Assembly (NCBI GenBank): GCA_043827025.1
Contig: JBDRPL010000019.1
Location: 40,359-104,358, forward strand
Origin: Candidatus Micrarchaeota archaeon
GTDB lineage: Archaea > Micrarchaeota > Micrarchaeia > Anstonellales > Bilamarchaeaceae
Reading direction: 5' to 3'
DNA: 64,000 nucleotides
Part shown: piece by piece, positions 19,175 to 28,912 of the stretch
Layout: every line of letters begins with the position of its first letter
Numbering within the stretch: position 1 is the stretch's first letter
Notes under the pieces: generated by a model
The model's input: the letters and a program-made list of their open reading frames with translations, nothing else
Told to the model about the DNA's origin: nothing
The model's database searches: none
Translations under genes and position numbers: made by a program

Positions 19175-19372
19175 CTACCCGCCAAAAACTACGGTAATTA
19201 TCTCGACCTTGTCCCTGTCTGTTACTTTCGCTGTCTCAGGAACTAGCTTTCCATTGACCTTTATTATTACCTCTTCCCTTCTGATCTTCTCTTTCTTTAG
19301 AATGTTAGATACAGTGCCTGAAAATTTCACTGATTTTGTTTTGTTGTCAATGCTTAGTTTCATGAATATCAA
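19175..19372 (-). CDS. MoaD/ThiS ubiquitin-like sulfur carrier (TtuB/SAMP-like)
   Basis: Beta-grasp size, VNGKLV, C-terminal VVFGG; start may be ATG 19363. Confidence 0.88.
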   Translation of the reverse strand: MIFMKLSIDNKTKSVKFSGTVSNILKKEKIRREEVIIKVNGKLVPETAKVTDRDKVEIITVVFGG

Positions 19373-19432
19373 TCATCATCTGTCATGCACCGTTTTTAAA
19401 CCTTGATTGCGAATATGCAAAAGGGACTATTT

Positions 19433-20653
19433 ATGAAAATCAAATCGATCTTTGCAAGGGAAATCCTGGATTCAAGAGGCAATCCTACTGTTGAAGTGGA
19501 TCTGACAACTGACAAAGGATTCGGAAGGGGCGTTGCTCCATCAGGCGCATCAACTGGTGCATATGAGGCTGTTGAACTGAGGGATATAAGCAAAAGATAT
19601 CTTGGCAAAGGCGTCCAAAGGGCAGTTGATAATGTCAATATAACAATTGCAAAGGAAGCAAAAGGCAAGGACTTCGAAGAACAGGAAGATTTTGATAATT
19701 TCATGCTTAAACTTGACGGTACGTTCAACAAATCGAATCTTGGAGGCAATGCAATTGTTGCAACTTCCATGGCATTTGCAAGGGCGCATGCCTGCGAAGA
19801 AGGAAAGACGGTGTGGCAGCATTTCGGAGGCAAGAGGATACCTCAGCCGATGTTCAATGTCCTCAATGGAGGAAAGCACGCCGGCGGAAAACTTTCGATC
19901 CAGGAATTCATGATAATGCCAAAAGGAAAAAATTACAAGGAAACCCTTAGGATGGCAAGCGAGATTTATCATATTCTGGGAAAGCAATTGGTGAAAAAAT
20001 ATGGCCCGAGTTCTAAAAACGTTGGGGATGAAGGCGGTTATGCACCACAGCTTGAATCGTGCGAGGAGGCCTTAATCGCAATAATGGATGCAGTTGAAGA
20101 ATCGGGCTACAAAAACGAAACAACTCTCTGTTTAGATTCAGCAGCAAGCTCTTTCTATGATGGAGTGAGAAAAACCTATCTGCTGGATGGCAAGGAGCAG
20201 TCCTCCGATTATCTTTTGGAGTATTATCTTGAATTAGTGAAAAAATACCCTATTGTAAGCATAGAAGACCCGTTCGATGAGAATGATTTTGATAGTTTTG
20301 CCATACTTACAAAAAAGCTTGGGAAGAAGGCGCAGGTTGTTGGCGATGATCTTCTAGTAACAAATCCAAAAAGGATCAAGGAGGGAATTGAAAAGAAATC
20401 CTGCAATTCTCTTCTTCTCAAATTGAATCAGATAGGCACTGTCACAGAAGCATTGCATGCGGCTGAGATGTGCAGGGACAATAAGTGGACTATTGTAGTG
20501 AGCCATAGATCCGGTGAGACAGAAGATGCGTTCATCGCTGATTTTTCAGTTGGGATAAATTCAGAATATATAAAAACAGGATCCTGTGCAAGGGGCGAAA
20601 GGACTGCGAAATACAACCAGCTTCTTAGGATATTCGAGGCAGTTGACAAATGA
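19433..20653 (+). CDS. eno: Enolase
   Basis: REILDSRGNPTVE, SGASTG, VGDEGG, VVGDDL, SHRSGETED; start set to ATG 19433. Confidence 0.98.
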   Translation: MKIKSIFAREILDSRGNPTVEVDLTTDKGFGRGVAPSGASTGAYEAVELRDISKRYLGKGVQRAVDNVNITIAKEAKGKDFEEQEDFDNFMLKLDGTFNKSNLGGNAIVATSMAFARAHACEEGKTVWQHFGGKRIPQPMFNVLNGGKHAGGKLSIQEFMIMPKGKNYKETLRMASEIYHILGKQLVKKYGPSSKNVGDEGGYAPQLESCEEALIAIMDAVEESGYKNETTLCLDSAASSFYDGVRKTYLLDGKEQSSDYLLEYYLELVKKYPIVSIEDPFDENDFDSFAILTKKLGKKAQVVGDDLLVTNPKRIKEGIEKKSCNSLLLKLNQIGTVTEALHAAEMCRDNKWTIVVSHRSGETEDAFIADFSVGINSEYIKTGSCARGERTAKYNQLLRIFEAVDK

Positions 20654-21039
20654 TTCTGATAACTATCCTGAGGTTTTTGGGTGCAATAGTTTCAGCAATC
20701 GGAACTTTGCTGGTTTTTCTAGGCGCGCTTGGCTCACCTGAATTAATGTTCACAGGTGTTTCACTAATCATGATCACAGCTGCATTCGATGTCTTGACTG
20801 TGAAATATGAAAATAAGAAGAAACTGGAAAAGATAAGCAATGATTTTGTGAATTGGGCAGGAATGCAGTTCGCGATTCCAGCATTGATTTTGCTTCTTTA
20901 CTTTCTCTCATCCGACCGCGAGCTTCTTGTTCTGGCGCTTGCATTTGGGATAATGTCTTTCTTCAACGTTGCTGCGAATACGGTAAAGGTTTATATTTCC
21001 GAGAATTCATTGGAAAAAACACGTGCAATTCCGAAATAA
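20650..21039 (+). CDS. Small multi-pass membrane protein
   Basis: About four hydrophobic segments; 4-nt overlap with eno. Confidence 0.7.
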   Translation: MILITILRFLGAIVSAIGTLLVFLGALGSPELMFTGVSLIMITAAFDVLTVKYENKKKLEKISNDFVNWAGMQFAIPALILLLYFLSSDRELLVLALAFGIMSFFNVAANTVKVYISENSLEKTRAIPK

Positions 21040-21104
21040 AGCAATTTAAACCTTTTTACCTAAATAGAATATAAAAATCAGATAATATTTACCTTTAATC
21101 ACGA

Positions 21105-22838
21105 GTGAGCTTGATGGTCGACTATAGAAAACCGAATCCCATAGACGCAAAGACGTATTATAAACTTGGAAACGACCACTACGAGAAGGGGGATTACGAG
21201 AAGGCAATTGAAAACTATAATATGGCAATACTTCTGAATCCTGTTTTTTCCGAGGCATATTTCAATAGGGCATTGAGCGCATACCAGCTCAAGAATTTCG
21301 ACAAGTCCATCCAGGACTACATGAAATCCGCCGAGCTTGACCCCCAGAATCCTATTATATACAATAACCGGGGAGATGCATACTACAGGAATCAGGACTA
21401 TCAGAATGCGATAAAGGACTATGATAAGGCAATTTCATTGAATCCAGATTATCTCAAGGCCTTCTATAATAGGGGCCTTTCATATGCTTCGATCGAGGAA
21501 TATGAACGGGCGATAGAGGACTTTACTAAAGTAATAAGCATGAAGGATGATTTTGCAGAAGCATATCACCTGAGGGGACTGGCATATGAATATGCAGGCG
21601 ATCTGGAGTCTGCAGTAAAGGATTATGAAAAGGCATTGGCATTGAATCCTGATCTTTCAGAAGCAAAGGCTCATCTTGAATCTGTGAAGTCAAAGATGTC
21701 TCAGGAGGGTAAATCTACCACGACCGGCGATTCCAAGGCAGGGGCAGGAGACATAAAGATGCTCGAGAAGCCTAACATGACTTTCAATGATGTTGCAGGT
21801 ATGGAAGAGATGAAAAATGAGATCAGGGAAGCAGTTGTTTATCCTTTGGCTAATCCTGAGCTTGCTAGGAAATATGGTAAGCTTGGAGGAGGCGGAATAC
21901 TGATGTACGGGCCTCCGGGTTGCGGTAAAACTTTCATCACAAAGGCTGCTGCAGGCGAATGCAAGGCTGGATTCATAAATGCAAAGCTTTCTGATTTACT
22001 TGACATGTATGTAGGTAATACTGAAAAGAACATCCACAAGGTTTTTGAGCTTGGAAGAAAGAATGTCCCATGTATGCTTTTCTTTGACGAAGTGGATGCT
22101 ATTGGGGGAAGAAGGGATGCGCAGGAAGGCCAGCAGTACATGAAGATGGCCGTCAATCAGATGCTTTATGAGATGGATGGTGTTGAGGCGCACAATGACA
22201 ATGTTCTTATCATTGCAGCAACAAATGCCCCATGGGATGTTGATCCTGCCCTCAGACGAAGCGGCCGTTTTTCAAAAACGATTTACGTTCCTGAGCCAGA
22301 TCTCACTTCAAGGTTTGAAATACTCAAATTGCATTCAAGGAAAAGACCTATAGTGAAAGGAATACCCTTCCGCAGGCTTGCATATGCCACTGAAGGTTAT
22401 GCGTCCGCTGATCTCAAGGCAGTTGTTGAAGAAGCTGCTGGTTACCCATGGAGAGAAGCCTTCCATGCCATTGACAAGAAAACAAAGCAGTATATTGCAC
22501 AGGGAATGGATCCCAAGCAGGCTGAAGAAAAAGCCAAGCAGGACGTTCAGCAGAGACCAATAACCAGGTATGATTTTGTCAGGGCCGTCCAGAAGAAAAA
22601 GTCTTCTTTGCCTCCATGGTATGCTCAGGCGAAGAAGCAGATAGGCAAGCAGGAAGAAGTTACAATTATAGATGGCAAGGAGCACAAGAAAGTCACTGAA
22701 AGCAAGATGGCTCTTGCTGAAAAAGAAGCTTTCAAGAGATTGCTGGACGTTATAAACTCAAGAAATGGATTCGTCCGTAAGGTAAGGATGTTCCTGGCTA
22801 AATATGTTTTCCTTGGACTTGCGATGCTTCCAATATAA
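21105..22838 (+). CDS. TPR-repeat AAA+ ATPase (classical AAA clade, single ATPase domain)
   Basis: About five TPRs (AYFNRA, IYNNRG, AFYNRG, AYHLRG), GPPGCGKT, FFDEVD, AATNAPWDVDPALRRSGRF; hydrophobic C-terminus; start may be ATG 21114. Confidence 0.9.
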   Translation: MSLMVDYRKPNPIDAKTYYKLGNDHYEKGDYEKAIENYNMAILLNPVFSEAYFNRALSAYQLKNFDKSIQDYMKSAELDPQNPIIYNNRGDAYYRNQDYQNAIKDYDKAISLNPDYLKAFYNRGLSYASIEEYERAIEDFTKVISMKDDFAEAYHLRGLAYEYAGDLESAVKDYEKALALNPDLSEAKAHLESVKSKMSQEGKSTTTGDSKAGAGDIKMLEKPNMTFNDVAGMEEMKNEIREAVVYPLANPELARKYGKLGGGGILMYGPPGCGKTFITKAAAGECKAGFINAKLSDLLDMYVGNTEKNIHKVFELGRKNVPCMLFFDEVDAIGGRRDAQEGQQYMKMAVNQMLYEMDGVEAHNDNVLIIAATNAPWDVDPALRRSGRFSKTIYVPEPDLTSRFEILKLHSRKRPIVKGIPFRRLAYATEGYASADLKAVVEEAAGYPWREAFHAIDKKTKQYIAQGMDPKQAEEKAKQDVQQRPITRYDFVRAVQKKKSSLPPWYAQAKKQIGKQEEVTIIDGKEHKKVTESKMALAEKEAFKRLLDVINSRNGFVRKVRMFLAKYVFLGLAMLPI

Positions 22839-22854
22839 AATGAGTTTTCTATTT

Positions 22855-23295
22855 TTAGCTTTTCCTTCTTATGACTACTCCTATACTTTCTGATTTTATC
22901 TCCATGTTTATCTTTCCGTTGCCGATATTCTCAAAAGAAGTTTGATCCTCGATTTTGATTGGGTATTTTGCAGTTTCAGAAATGTCGCTTTCACCCTCTC
23001 TGGTCATTAACTTGATAGTTATTTCTGATCCTTTTCCTATGTTGATGAAGGTGATGCTTTCTGCGTTCTTTGGAAGATAAATCTCTAGGTCTGCAGATGA
23101 GCCCTCGCCAAGGTTTCCGACGCTGTTGACCATGTTTGCAATCCTTGATGCTGCAAGTTGAGCCTGATTGGCCAGCAAAGTTTCTTCTGTATCACTGGCT
23201 TTCATATAGACCGTAACTATTATTGGTATGAATATAACCATTATCGCAGCGATTATTATTATAAGCTCTGTGCTAACTTGCCCTTTTCTTGCCAT
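22855..23295 (-). CDS. Class III signal peptide (type IV pilin-like) protein
   Basis: MARKG|QVSTE followed by a hydrophobic helix. Confidence 0.82.
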   Translation of the reverse strand: MARKGQVSTELIIIIAAIMVIFIPIIVTVYMKASDTEETLLANQAQLAASRIANMVNSVGNLGEGSSADLEIYLPKNAESITFINIGKGSEITIKLMTREGESDISETAKYPIKIEDQTSFENIGNGKINMEIKSESIGVVIRRKS

Positions 23296-23304
23296 ATTAC
23301 ATTC

Positions 23305-24366
23305 CTACCTTTTCTTACTAAGTACTATATTTACTTCATCTATAATCTTTTTAATTGCATCACCAAAGCTGTAATCTTCAGCAGACACGACTGTTGTCTT
23401 TCCATTTGCTTCTATGTGCAGCTTTGCCTCATAAACTGATTTTCCTTTTTTCACATGGAGACTGATCCTGCCAATTTTTATCGAAGTCCTGAATTTCTCT
23501 ATCGTATGCTCCAGCCTTTCCTTTATCATTTCATAGTATTGTTTCTGTTCTTCGTCAAGCCCGCTGACCTCTATTTCAATCTTATCTTTAGAGTCGCTGG
23601 ATATCCTCTTGAATATGTCTGTTGCGCTTATGACTCCGACTGCTTTTTTGGCTTTGAGCACAATCATGGAGGAAACAGTCCTCTCGACCATTTTCCTTGC
23701 AGCATCTTCAAGCATGGCACTGTCCTCTATGGTTGCCACCACATCTCGGAGGATATGGGAAAGAGGTTCAGAATCCCTCTTTTCTATCTCGGAAAACATC
23801 TCGCCTGAATCCCTTTCCTTAGCAGTAAGCGATTCTACTGAAAGATCAAATGTTGATACTATTCCATGCGGGTAACCATCCTTTGTTATCAGAACCTTGT
23901 GCGTTTTATTCTCTTTCATTACTCTTTTTACAGCTCCTATACTTTCTTTGTAGTCAATGGAGTAAACCGGAGAATTCATAATTTCTTTGACACTGACTTT
24001 TGGAACTAACCTTGCTTTCATGAGCTCTTCAACCAAATCTGTTCTTGTTGTTATTCCTTTTGGTTTTTCTCTTGCATCTAATATTGGAATCGCCTTGAAA
24101 TGCCCTGCAAGGAACGCATTCAGCTTTTCAAGCATTGATGCGTTTTCGCTTATATGGGGCGCCTTTATGCAGACGGAGCTGCATTTTGTTTTGCTTGGAT
24201 CAGTTATGCCTGTTCTTAGGTTTCGATCATCAATTATTCCATAATATCTGCCTTCTTTGGTGACTATTGTTGCAGTTCCTTCTCTTAGCATGTCATCCGT
24301 AACCCTTGAAAGGGGTTCATTTAAATCTACGATATTGGCTTCTTTCATAACAACATCTCCAAGCAT
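23305..24366 (-). CDS. Four-CBS-domain protein with a C-terminal HPF/RaiA-like domain (candidate ribosome hibernation factor)
   Basis: Two CBS pairs (GIIDDRN, GITTRTD, GIVSTFD, GVISATD) plus a ~95-aa C-terminal IEIEVSG...YEAKLHI...AEDYSFGDAIKKIIDEV domain. Confidence 0.72.
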   Translation of the reverse strand: MLGDVVMKEANIVDLNEPLSRVTDDMLREGTATIVTKEGRYYGIIDDRNLRTGITDPSKTKCSSVCIKAPHISENASMLEKLNAFLAGHFKAIPILDAREKPKGITTRTDLVEELMKARLVPKVSVKEIMNSPVYSIDYKESIGAVKRVMKENKTHKVLITKDGYPHGIVSTFDLSVESLTAKERDSGEMFSEIEKRDSEPLSHILRDVVATIEDSAMLEDAARKMVERTVSSMIVLKAKKAVGVISATDIFKRISSDSKDKIEIEVSGLDEEQKQYYEMIKERLEHTIEKFRTSIKIGRISLHVKKGKSVYEAKLHIEANGKTTVVSAEDYSFGDAIKKIIDEVNIVLSKKR

Positions 24367-24450
24367 TTTATGCGATTTTTCAATCTGAAGTAATATGGAA
24401 GAATAACTTAATAAATAACTACGTGTATAATTGGTAAGGCGATCCTGGCG

Positions 24451-25152
24451 ATGTCATTCAGTCTTGAAAAAATGGTTGAAAAGCCTACCTGGAAAGTGGT
24501 TTTGCTTGAACTTATTGCGTCAAAAGAGCTGGACCCATGGAACATAGATTTGGTTGTTGTTTCAGACAGTTTCATAAAGAAAATAAAAGAGATGAAGAGC
24601 CTTGATTTTTTTCTTCCAGCGAACCTTATCCTAGCAGCCTCTATTCTTCTGAGGTACAAAAGCGAACATATCCGCTTTCAAGATGATGTTCTTCCTGTTG
24701 AGGCTATGGGTGAGCCACTTGATTATGATTCTGAAAGTTCTAGTATTCCAGAACTAATGCTCTCTTCAAGAATACCTCCAAGAAGGCAAATTACGATGGA
24801 GGAGCTGATGCTGGAAATAGAGAAGGCTATGAAATATGATACTACTGAAAGGGTAGTGCACCACAAGGGTGGCATAATTGATTTTGTTGATTTGAATATA
24901 AACAAGTTCGATATAGAAAAGAAGATGGAAGAGATTCTGGAATCTGTCAAAGAGAATGTGGATTCAGAAGGCTTTGCCTTGTTTTCCAAGATGGTGGATG
25001 GAAAGAAGAATCTCGAAGTCATTTATTCCCTGCTTTCACTGCTCCATTTGACTCAAAAGGAGAAGATCGATTTGATACAGGATGAGCTCTTTGGTGAGAT
25101 ACTGGTTAGATTGAAAGGAGAAAAAGTGGATTTTACTGCTAGTGCTGAATAA
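24451..25152 (+). CDS. scpA: SMC-Scp complex kleisin subunit ScpA
   Basis: LDPWNIDL, ANLILAASILLRYKS, LLSLLHL, QDELFGEI. Confidence 0.92.
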   Translation: MSFSLEKMVEKPTWKVVLLELIASKELDPWNIDLVVVSDSFIKKIKEMKSLDFFLPANLILAASILLRYKSEHIRFQDDVLPVEAMGEPLDYDSESSSIPELMLSSRIPPRRQITMEELMLEIEKAMKYDTTERVVHHKGGIIDFVDLNINKFDIEKKMEEILESVKENVDSEGFALFSKMVDGKKNLEVIYSLLSLLHLTQKEKIDLIQDELFGEILVRLKGEKVDFTASAE

Positions 25153-25191
25153 TTAAAATAAGATAATAAGATTAAGAATAGAAAAAAAAGA

Positions 25192-25554
25192 TTAATGTCT
25201 GATCTTTGGCTTTGTCTTGATGATCTTAACATTTGCAGGTGTTAATATTACCGTATCCTGTGCCAAGAGAGCTATGTCGCCGTTTATTTTTGTAGAGTAT
25301 GTCTTCAATTTGGAGATGATTGTCTTCAATCTGTTTGGTTGCTTTGACAGATGAACCAAGTTAAGGATGATTATATTTTTGCTTGACAACTCTGATACTG
25401 TAAGGTCAGCATCCCCTTCGTTTCTTAATTCTATTCTCTTTACATAGAAATCTGCTGGTGGATTTACGACGTCGCCGTCTGCATCCATGACTTCTTCAAG
25501 ATCCGGTAATTCTCCTTCTGCCTCTTTTCCAAAAAATTTGTCTAAAAGTCCCAT
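25192..25554 (-). CDS. sepF: Cell division protein SepF (archaeal)
   Basis: Amphipathic MGLLDKFFG N-terminus; NIIILN...INGDIA...VILTP.NVKI. Confidence 0.85.
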   Translation of the reverse strand: MGLLDKFFGKEAEGELPDLEEVMDADGDVVNPPADFYVKRIELRNEGDADLTVSELSSKNIIILNLVHLSKQPNRLKTIISKLKTYSTKINGDIALLAQDTVILTPANVKIIKTKPKIRH

Positions 25555-25633
25555 GTGGTCACCCTTAATTGATGAATGTTAACTTAATTAAGAAGCAATT
25601 AGTTTTTAAATTTACTTCCGCAAACTTTTTAAC

Positions 25634-26545
25634 ATGCGTAATGAAAAATCATCGAATAGGAATAATACTATCTATGGGACTGTTCTTATGCTGGCCCTTG
25701 GTTTCATAGTTCTAATAGGCTTGATGTTTGTTTTTTCAGATGGTTTTCACCTTGGGAAGAAGGGTTGCGTTGCAATAGTCAACATAAACCGCGAGATCAC
25801 AGTAGAAAGCACTCCGCAATCGCTTTTTGTAGAATCTGTTCCTGGTTCAGAGGACATTGCGAATGCGATATACGGACTCAATGACCGCAATGATGTGGCT
25901 GCAGTCGTCTTTGTCATTAATTCTCCTGGTGGGTCTGTTGTTGGGAGCAGGGAAATTTATAATTCAGTTTTGAATCTTTCAAAGCCAAAGGTTGGCTATT
26001 TTAGGGAAGTTGCTGCTTCAGGTGCATATTACATCGCTACTCCTCTTCAATACATTGTTTCAGATCCTGCTGCCCTTACTGGCAACATAGGTGCTGTGAC
26101 AACCTTTGCGGATCTAAGCAGTCTTTTTGAAAAAATAGGGATGAATGTGACTTCCATAACCTCTGGAGAAATGAAAGATATTGGTTCTCCTTCAAGACCG
26201 ATGACTGATGATGAACGTTCTTTAATGCAACAGGTTGCAATGGAGGCGTTCGAGGATTTTAAGGCAGTTATATTGAAGAATCGCGGCTCCAAGCTCAACA
26301 TGGCGAAATTTGATGTCATTTTGGATGGCCGGGTGGTGACAGGCAAAATGGCAAAAGACATAGGGCTTGTTGATCAAATCGGCACAAAGCAGGATGCCAT
26401 AAACAAGGCAAAGGAGCTTGCAGGGTTGCCAGAGGAAGCTTTGATATGTAATATTGATCTTGGAGGTGGCAAAGGAGGATTATTCAGTACGGGTTCGTTG
26501 CTTGACACATTTCACATCCAGAAGATGGAGCTGAAGTTTCAATGA
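25634..26545 (+). CDS. sppA: Signal peptide peptidase SppA (S49)
   Basis: INSPGGS, AASGAYYIA, TGNIG, SGEMKD, GLVDQIG. Confidence 0.92.
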   Translation: MRNEKSSNRNNTIYGTVLMLALGFIVLIGLMFVFSDGFHLGKKGCVAIVNINREITVESTPQSLFVESVPGSEDIANAIYGLNDRNDVAAVVFVINSPGGSVVGSREIYNSVLNLSKPKVGYFREVAASGAYYIATPLQYIVSDPAALTGNIGAVTTFADLSSLFEKIGMNVTSITSGEMKDIGSPSRPMTDDERSLMQQVAMEAFEDFKAVILKNRGSKLNMAKFDVILDGRVVTGKMAKDIGLVDQIGTKQDAINKAKELAGLPEEALICNIDLGGGKGGLFSTGSLLDTFHIQKMELKFQ

Positions 26546-26937
26546 AGAAATATGGCAGCGATAGAAAATCTATGCAAAAAGAAGAGGGTGATGATATGGT
26601 CAGGAAGCTCATAAAAAAATCAATACCTTATTTATTTGTCTTTTTTGTGCTTTCCATCGTGTTCTATTTTTTCGGATTTGGCAATCCATCCTCGGCTCCG
26701 GTTGCAAAACTAAATGATGCGAAAAGTGTCTGTACAGAAGGCGCAATGCAAAACTGCACCTACAATTCCTGTAATGGATACAGCCAATGTGAGAATGGCA
26801 AGTGGTCCTATTGTAAAATGAAACCTGTTTGCGTTCCAGGCTCGAAATCAAGTTGCACAGATAATGGCTGTGTCAATGGCTACAAGGTTTGCAATGATTG
26901 TGGCACAGATTATGGGGACTGCTTTGAGACTAACTAA
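26542..26937 (+). CDS. Membrane-anchored small Cys-rich protein
   Basis: One TM helix, then two C..G....C....C.GY..C repeats. Confidence 0.7.
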   Translation: MKKYGSDRKSMQKEEGDDMVRKLIKKSIPYLFVFFVLSIVFYFFGFGNPSSAPVAKLNDAKSVCTEGAMQNCTYNSCNGYSQCENGKWSYCKMKPVCVPGSKSSCTDNGCVNGYKVCNDCGTDYGDCFETN

Positions 26938-28164
26938 TTAAATCACAGTCTTTTGTTTTGTTGCCAGTTTTTTCGGAGCCCTTATCTTTCCAGTAGCTGT
27001 GAATTCAGCATATTTTGCTTTCATTTCTTGATCTAGGTTTGCAGCTATTCTTTCAGTTGCACCGAAGAATATCTTCACTCTGGTTCTGAAGCAGCTAACT
27101 TCCCTTGCAGCTTGTCTTATGGATTCCGGAGCCCTTTCATTTTCAGCAATTCTGTTCAGCTCTTTTAATGTTTGCGACCTGTAACAACGCCATAACAGAC
27201 CCCTTTCTCTTGTTTCAATCATTGCCTTTATCACTGCAAGTGTGCCGTATTCAACGACTTCCTGCTGATGGTTAAATCCTAACAATTCATTGAGGATCCT
27301 TGCTTCTGCTAAGAATTTTGAATGATGATTTAACTCTCCGCTTTTTATGTTTTCAAGGTTAAGTATGACTCCCAGGGTTCCATAATAATTTCTTAATTCA
27401 GGAGCCACTCTTCTTTCAGTAGATATTTTCAGACATCTATCTGGCTTTTTGTTTGCAGCCCTTCCATTATCATTTTGTTCAACATGATTAATTATCGCAT
27501 ATTCAATGCTTTCTTGGGGGATTCCGAGATTTTCTGGCAACAGGTGCCTGTATCCATCATACATCCTTTCGCATTGTCTGATGAATCTTTCCCTGGCTTC
27601 CTGTCTTATATCCTCAGGAACACCTTCAGTCAATATCAGTTGGTGTATTTCTGATTCTTTATTGGCGGTTTCCAAAAGAAATCTGTACGTAGCTTTCTTC
27701 ACCCTTGGCAAGGTATCTGATGCATTGGCAAATCTAGCTATTTTTTCGTATATGGGAGATGCACGCATTGGATCATGAGCTGCGTTATACTCTCTCTTGT
27801 ATGTTTCTAAAAGTGCATATTGTACGGCTCTTCTCACTTTTTCTGATTTTGCTGATCTGGCAATTTTTTTTAATTGGCTTTCTATCCCTTCTTTTCTTAT
27901 TCTTTCTATGGCCAGTATGACAATCTTTTCTTCAGCTTCTGGACTTAGTCCTAGGATTCCTTTTATTTCTTCAAGTGCACCTACAATTGCATAAGCATTC
28001 ATCTCTCTTATCAAAACTTCGGCCATTTCTAATTGTGTATCCTGGGAGAGAGTTTCATTCCTTAGCCTTAGGTAAGTACCTTCCATTCCTTTGCCATTAC
28101 CTCCCAGAATGCCTAAAACCTCGCAACAATCTTGTATTTGTGTTATGCAATCACCCATATCCAA
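26938..28164 (-). CDS. Hypothetical alpha-helical (orphan) protein
   Basis: 408-aa ORF rich in helix-forming residues, basic C-terminal tail; start uncertain. Confidence 0.7.
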   Translation of the reverse strand: MDMGDCITQIQDCCEVLGILGGNGKGMEGTYLRLRNETLSQDTQLEMAEVLIREMNAYAIVGALEEIKGILGLSPEAEEKIVILAIERIRKEGIESQLKKIARSAKSEKVRRAVQYALLETYKREYNAAHDPMRASPIYEKIARFANASDTLPRVKKATYRFLLETANKESEIHQLILTEGVPEDIRQEARERFIRQCERMYDGYRHLLPENLGIPQESIEYAIINHVEQNDNGRAANKKPDRCLKISTERRVAPELRNYYGTLGVILNLENIKSGELNHHSKFLAEARILNELLGFNHQQEVVEYGTLAVIKAMIETRERGLLWRCYRSQTLKELNRIAENERAPESIRQAAREVSCFRTRVKIFFGATERIAANLDQEMKAKYAEFTATGKIRAPKKLATKQKTVI

Positions 28165-28321
28165 TAAAGTAAATTATTGTATTATCATAATTTGTGCTTA
28201 TAAATGTTACTGTTGGTGGAAAAAAAAGACATTTATTTAAAAAAGCAGCCTTTTCCTGAGTAATTAGCCAAGGACCTTCTTCTTAGGATGTTATTTTTAA
28301 ACCTTTCACGACAAACTCTAA

Positions 28322-28912
28322 TTGATGAAATCAAAAGGATTCATATTCTCGCTAGATGCATTTGTAGCATTCACCCTGTCCCTAGTTGTCATTTCATCAT
28401 TGATTTTCTTTTCAAGCATTCCTTCGGCGCATTATGCAACTCTCATGCAGGCGCATTATATCGCAAAGGATGCGCTTTTGGCGCTTTCAGCAACACCATG
28501 CGCTGATAAAATAGAATGTGGCGACAGTGTATCCCTTTTGAACTATATTGTCATTAGAAAGGAGACTGAAGGCAGGCTCCAGCAGGGCATGGTCGATTCT
28601 TTTATAGGTAACTACATTCCTAAGCAATATGGCTATTCCCTGTCAATTTATGACAAGGACTCAGGAAACTGGAGGGAAATTTTCAAAGACGAACGAGGCA
28701 AAATTGACAGGCACGTAAGCGTTTCTGAATATTCCATGGTTCATGATTTTAGATACTTCGTGAGCGCTCCGGCCAACATATATCAATACAAGACTTGCAA
28801 CGGAGGCAAAAACATTGCCTGTAGCGAGAATCAAGTTATCTCAGAATACTGGGATGAGCTGTCCAAGAATAAATACGTGGTTCAGCTCATAAGGTTGGAT
28901 GTGTTTATCTAG
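28322..28912 (+). CDS. Class III signal peptide pilin-like protein
   Basis: KSKG|FIFSLDA followed by a hydrophobic helix. Confidence 0.8.
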   Translation: MMKSKGFIFSLDAFVAFTLSLVVISSLIFFSSIPSAHYATLMQAHYIAKDALLALSATPCADKIECGDSVSLLNYIVIRKETEGRLQQGMVDSFIGNYIPKQYGYSLSIYDKDSGNWREIFKDERGKIDRHVSVSEYSMVHDFRYFVSAPANIYQYKTCNGGKNIACSENQVISEYWDELSKNKYVVQLIRLDVFI

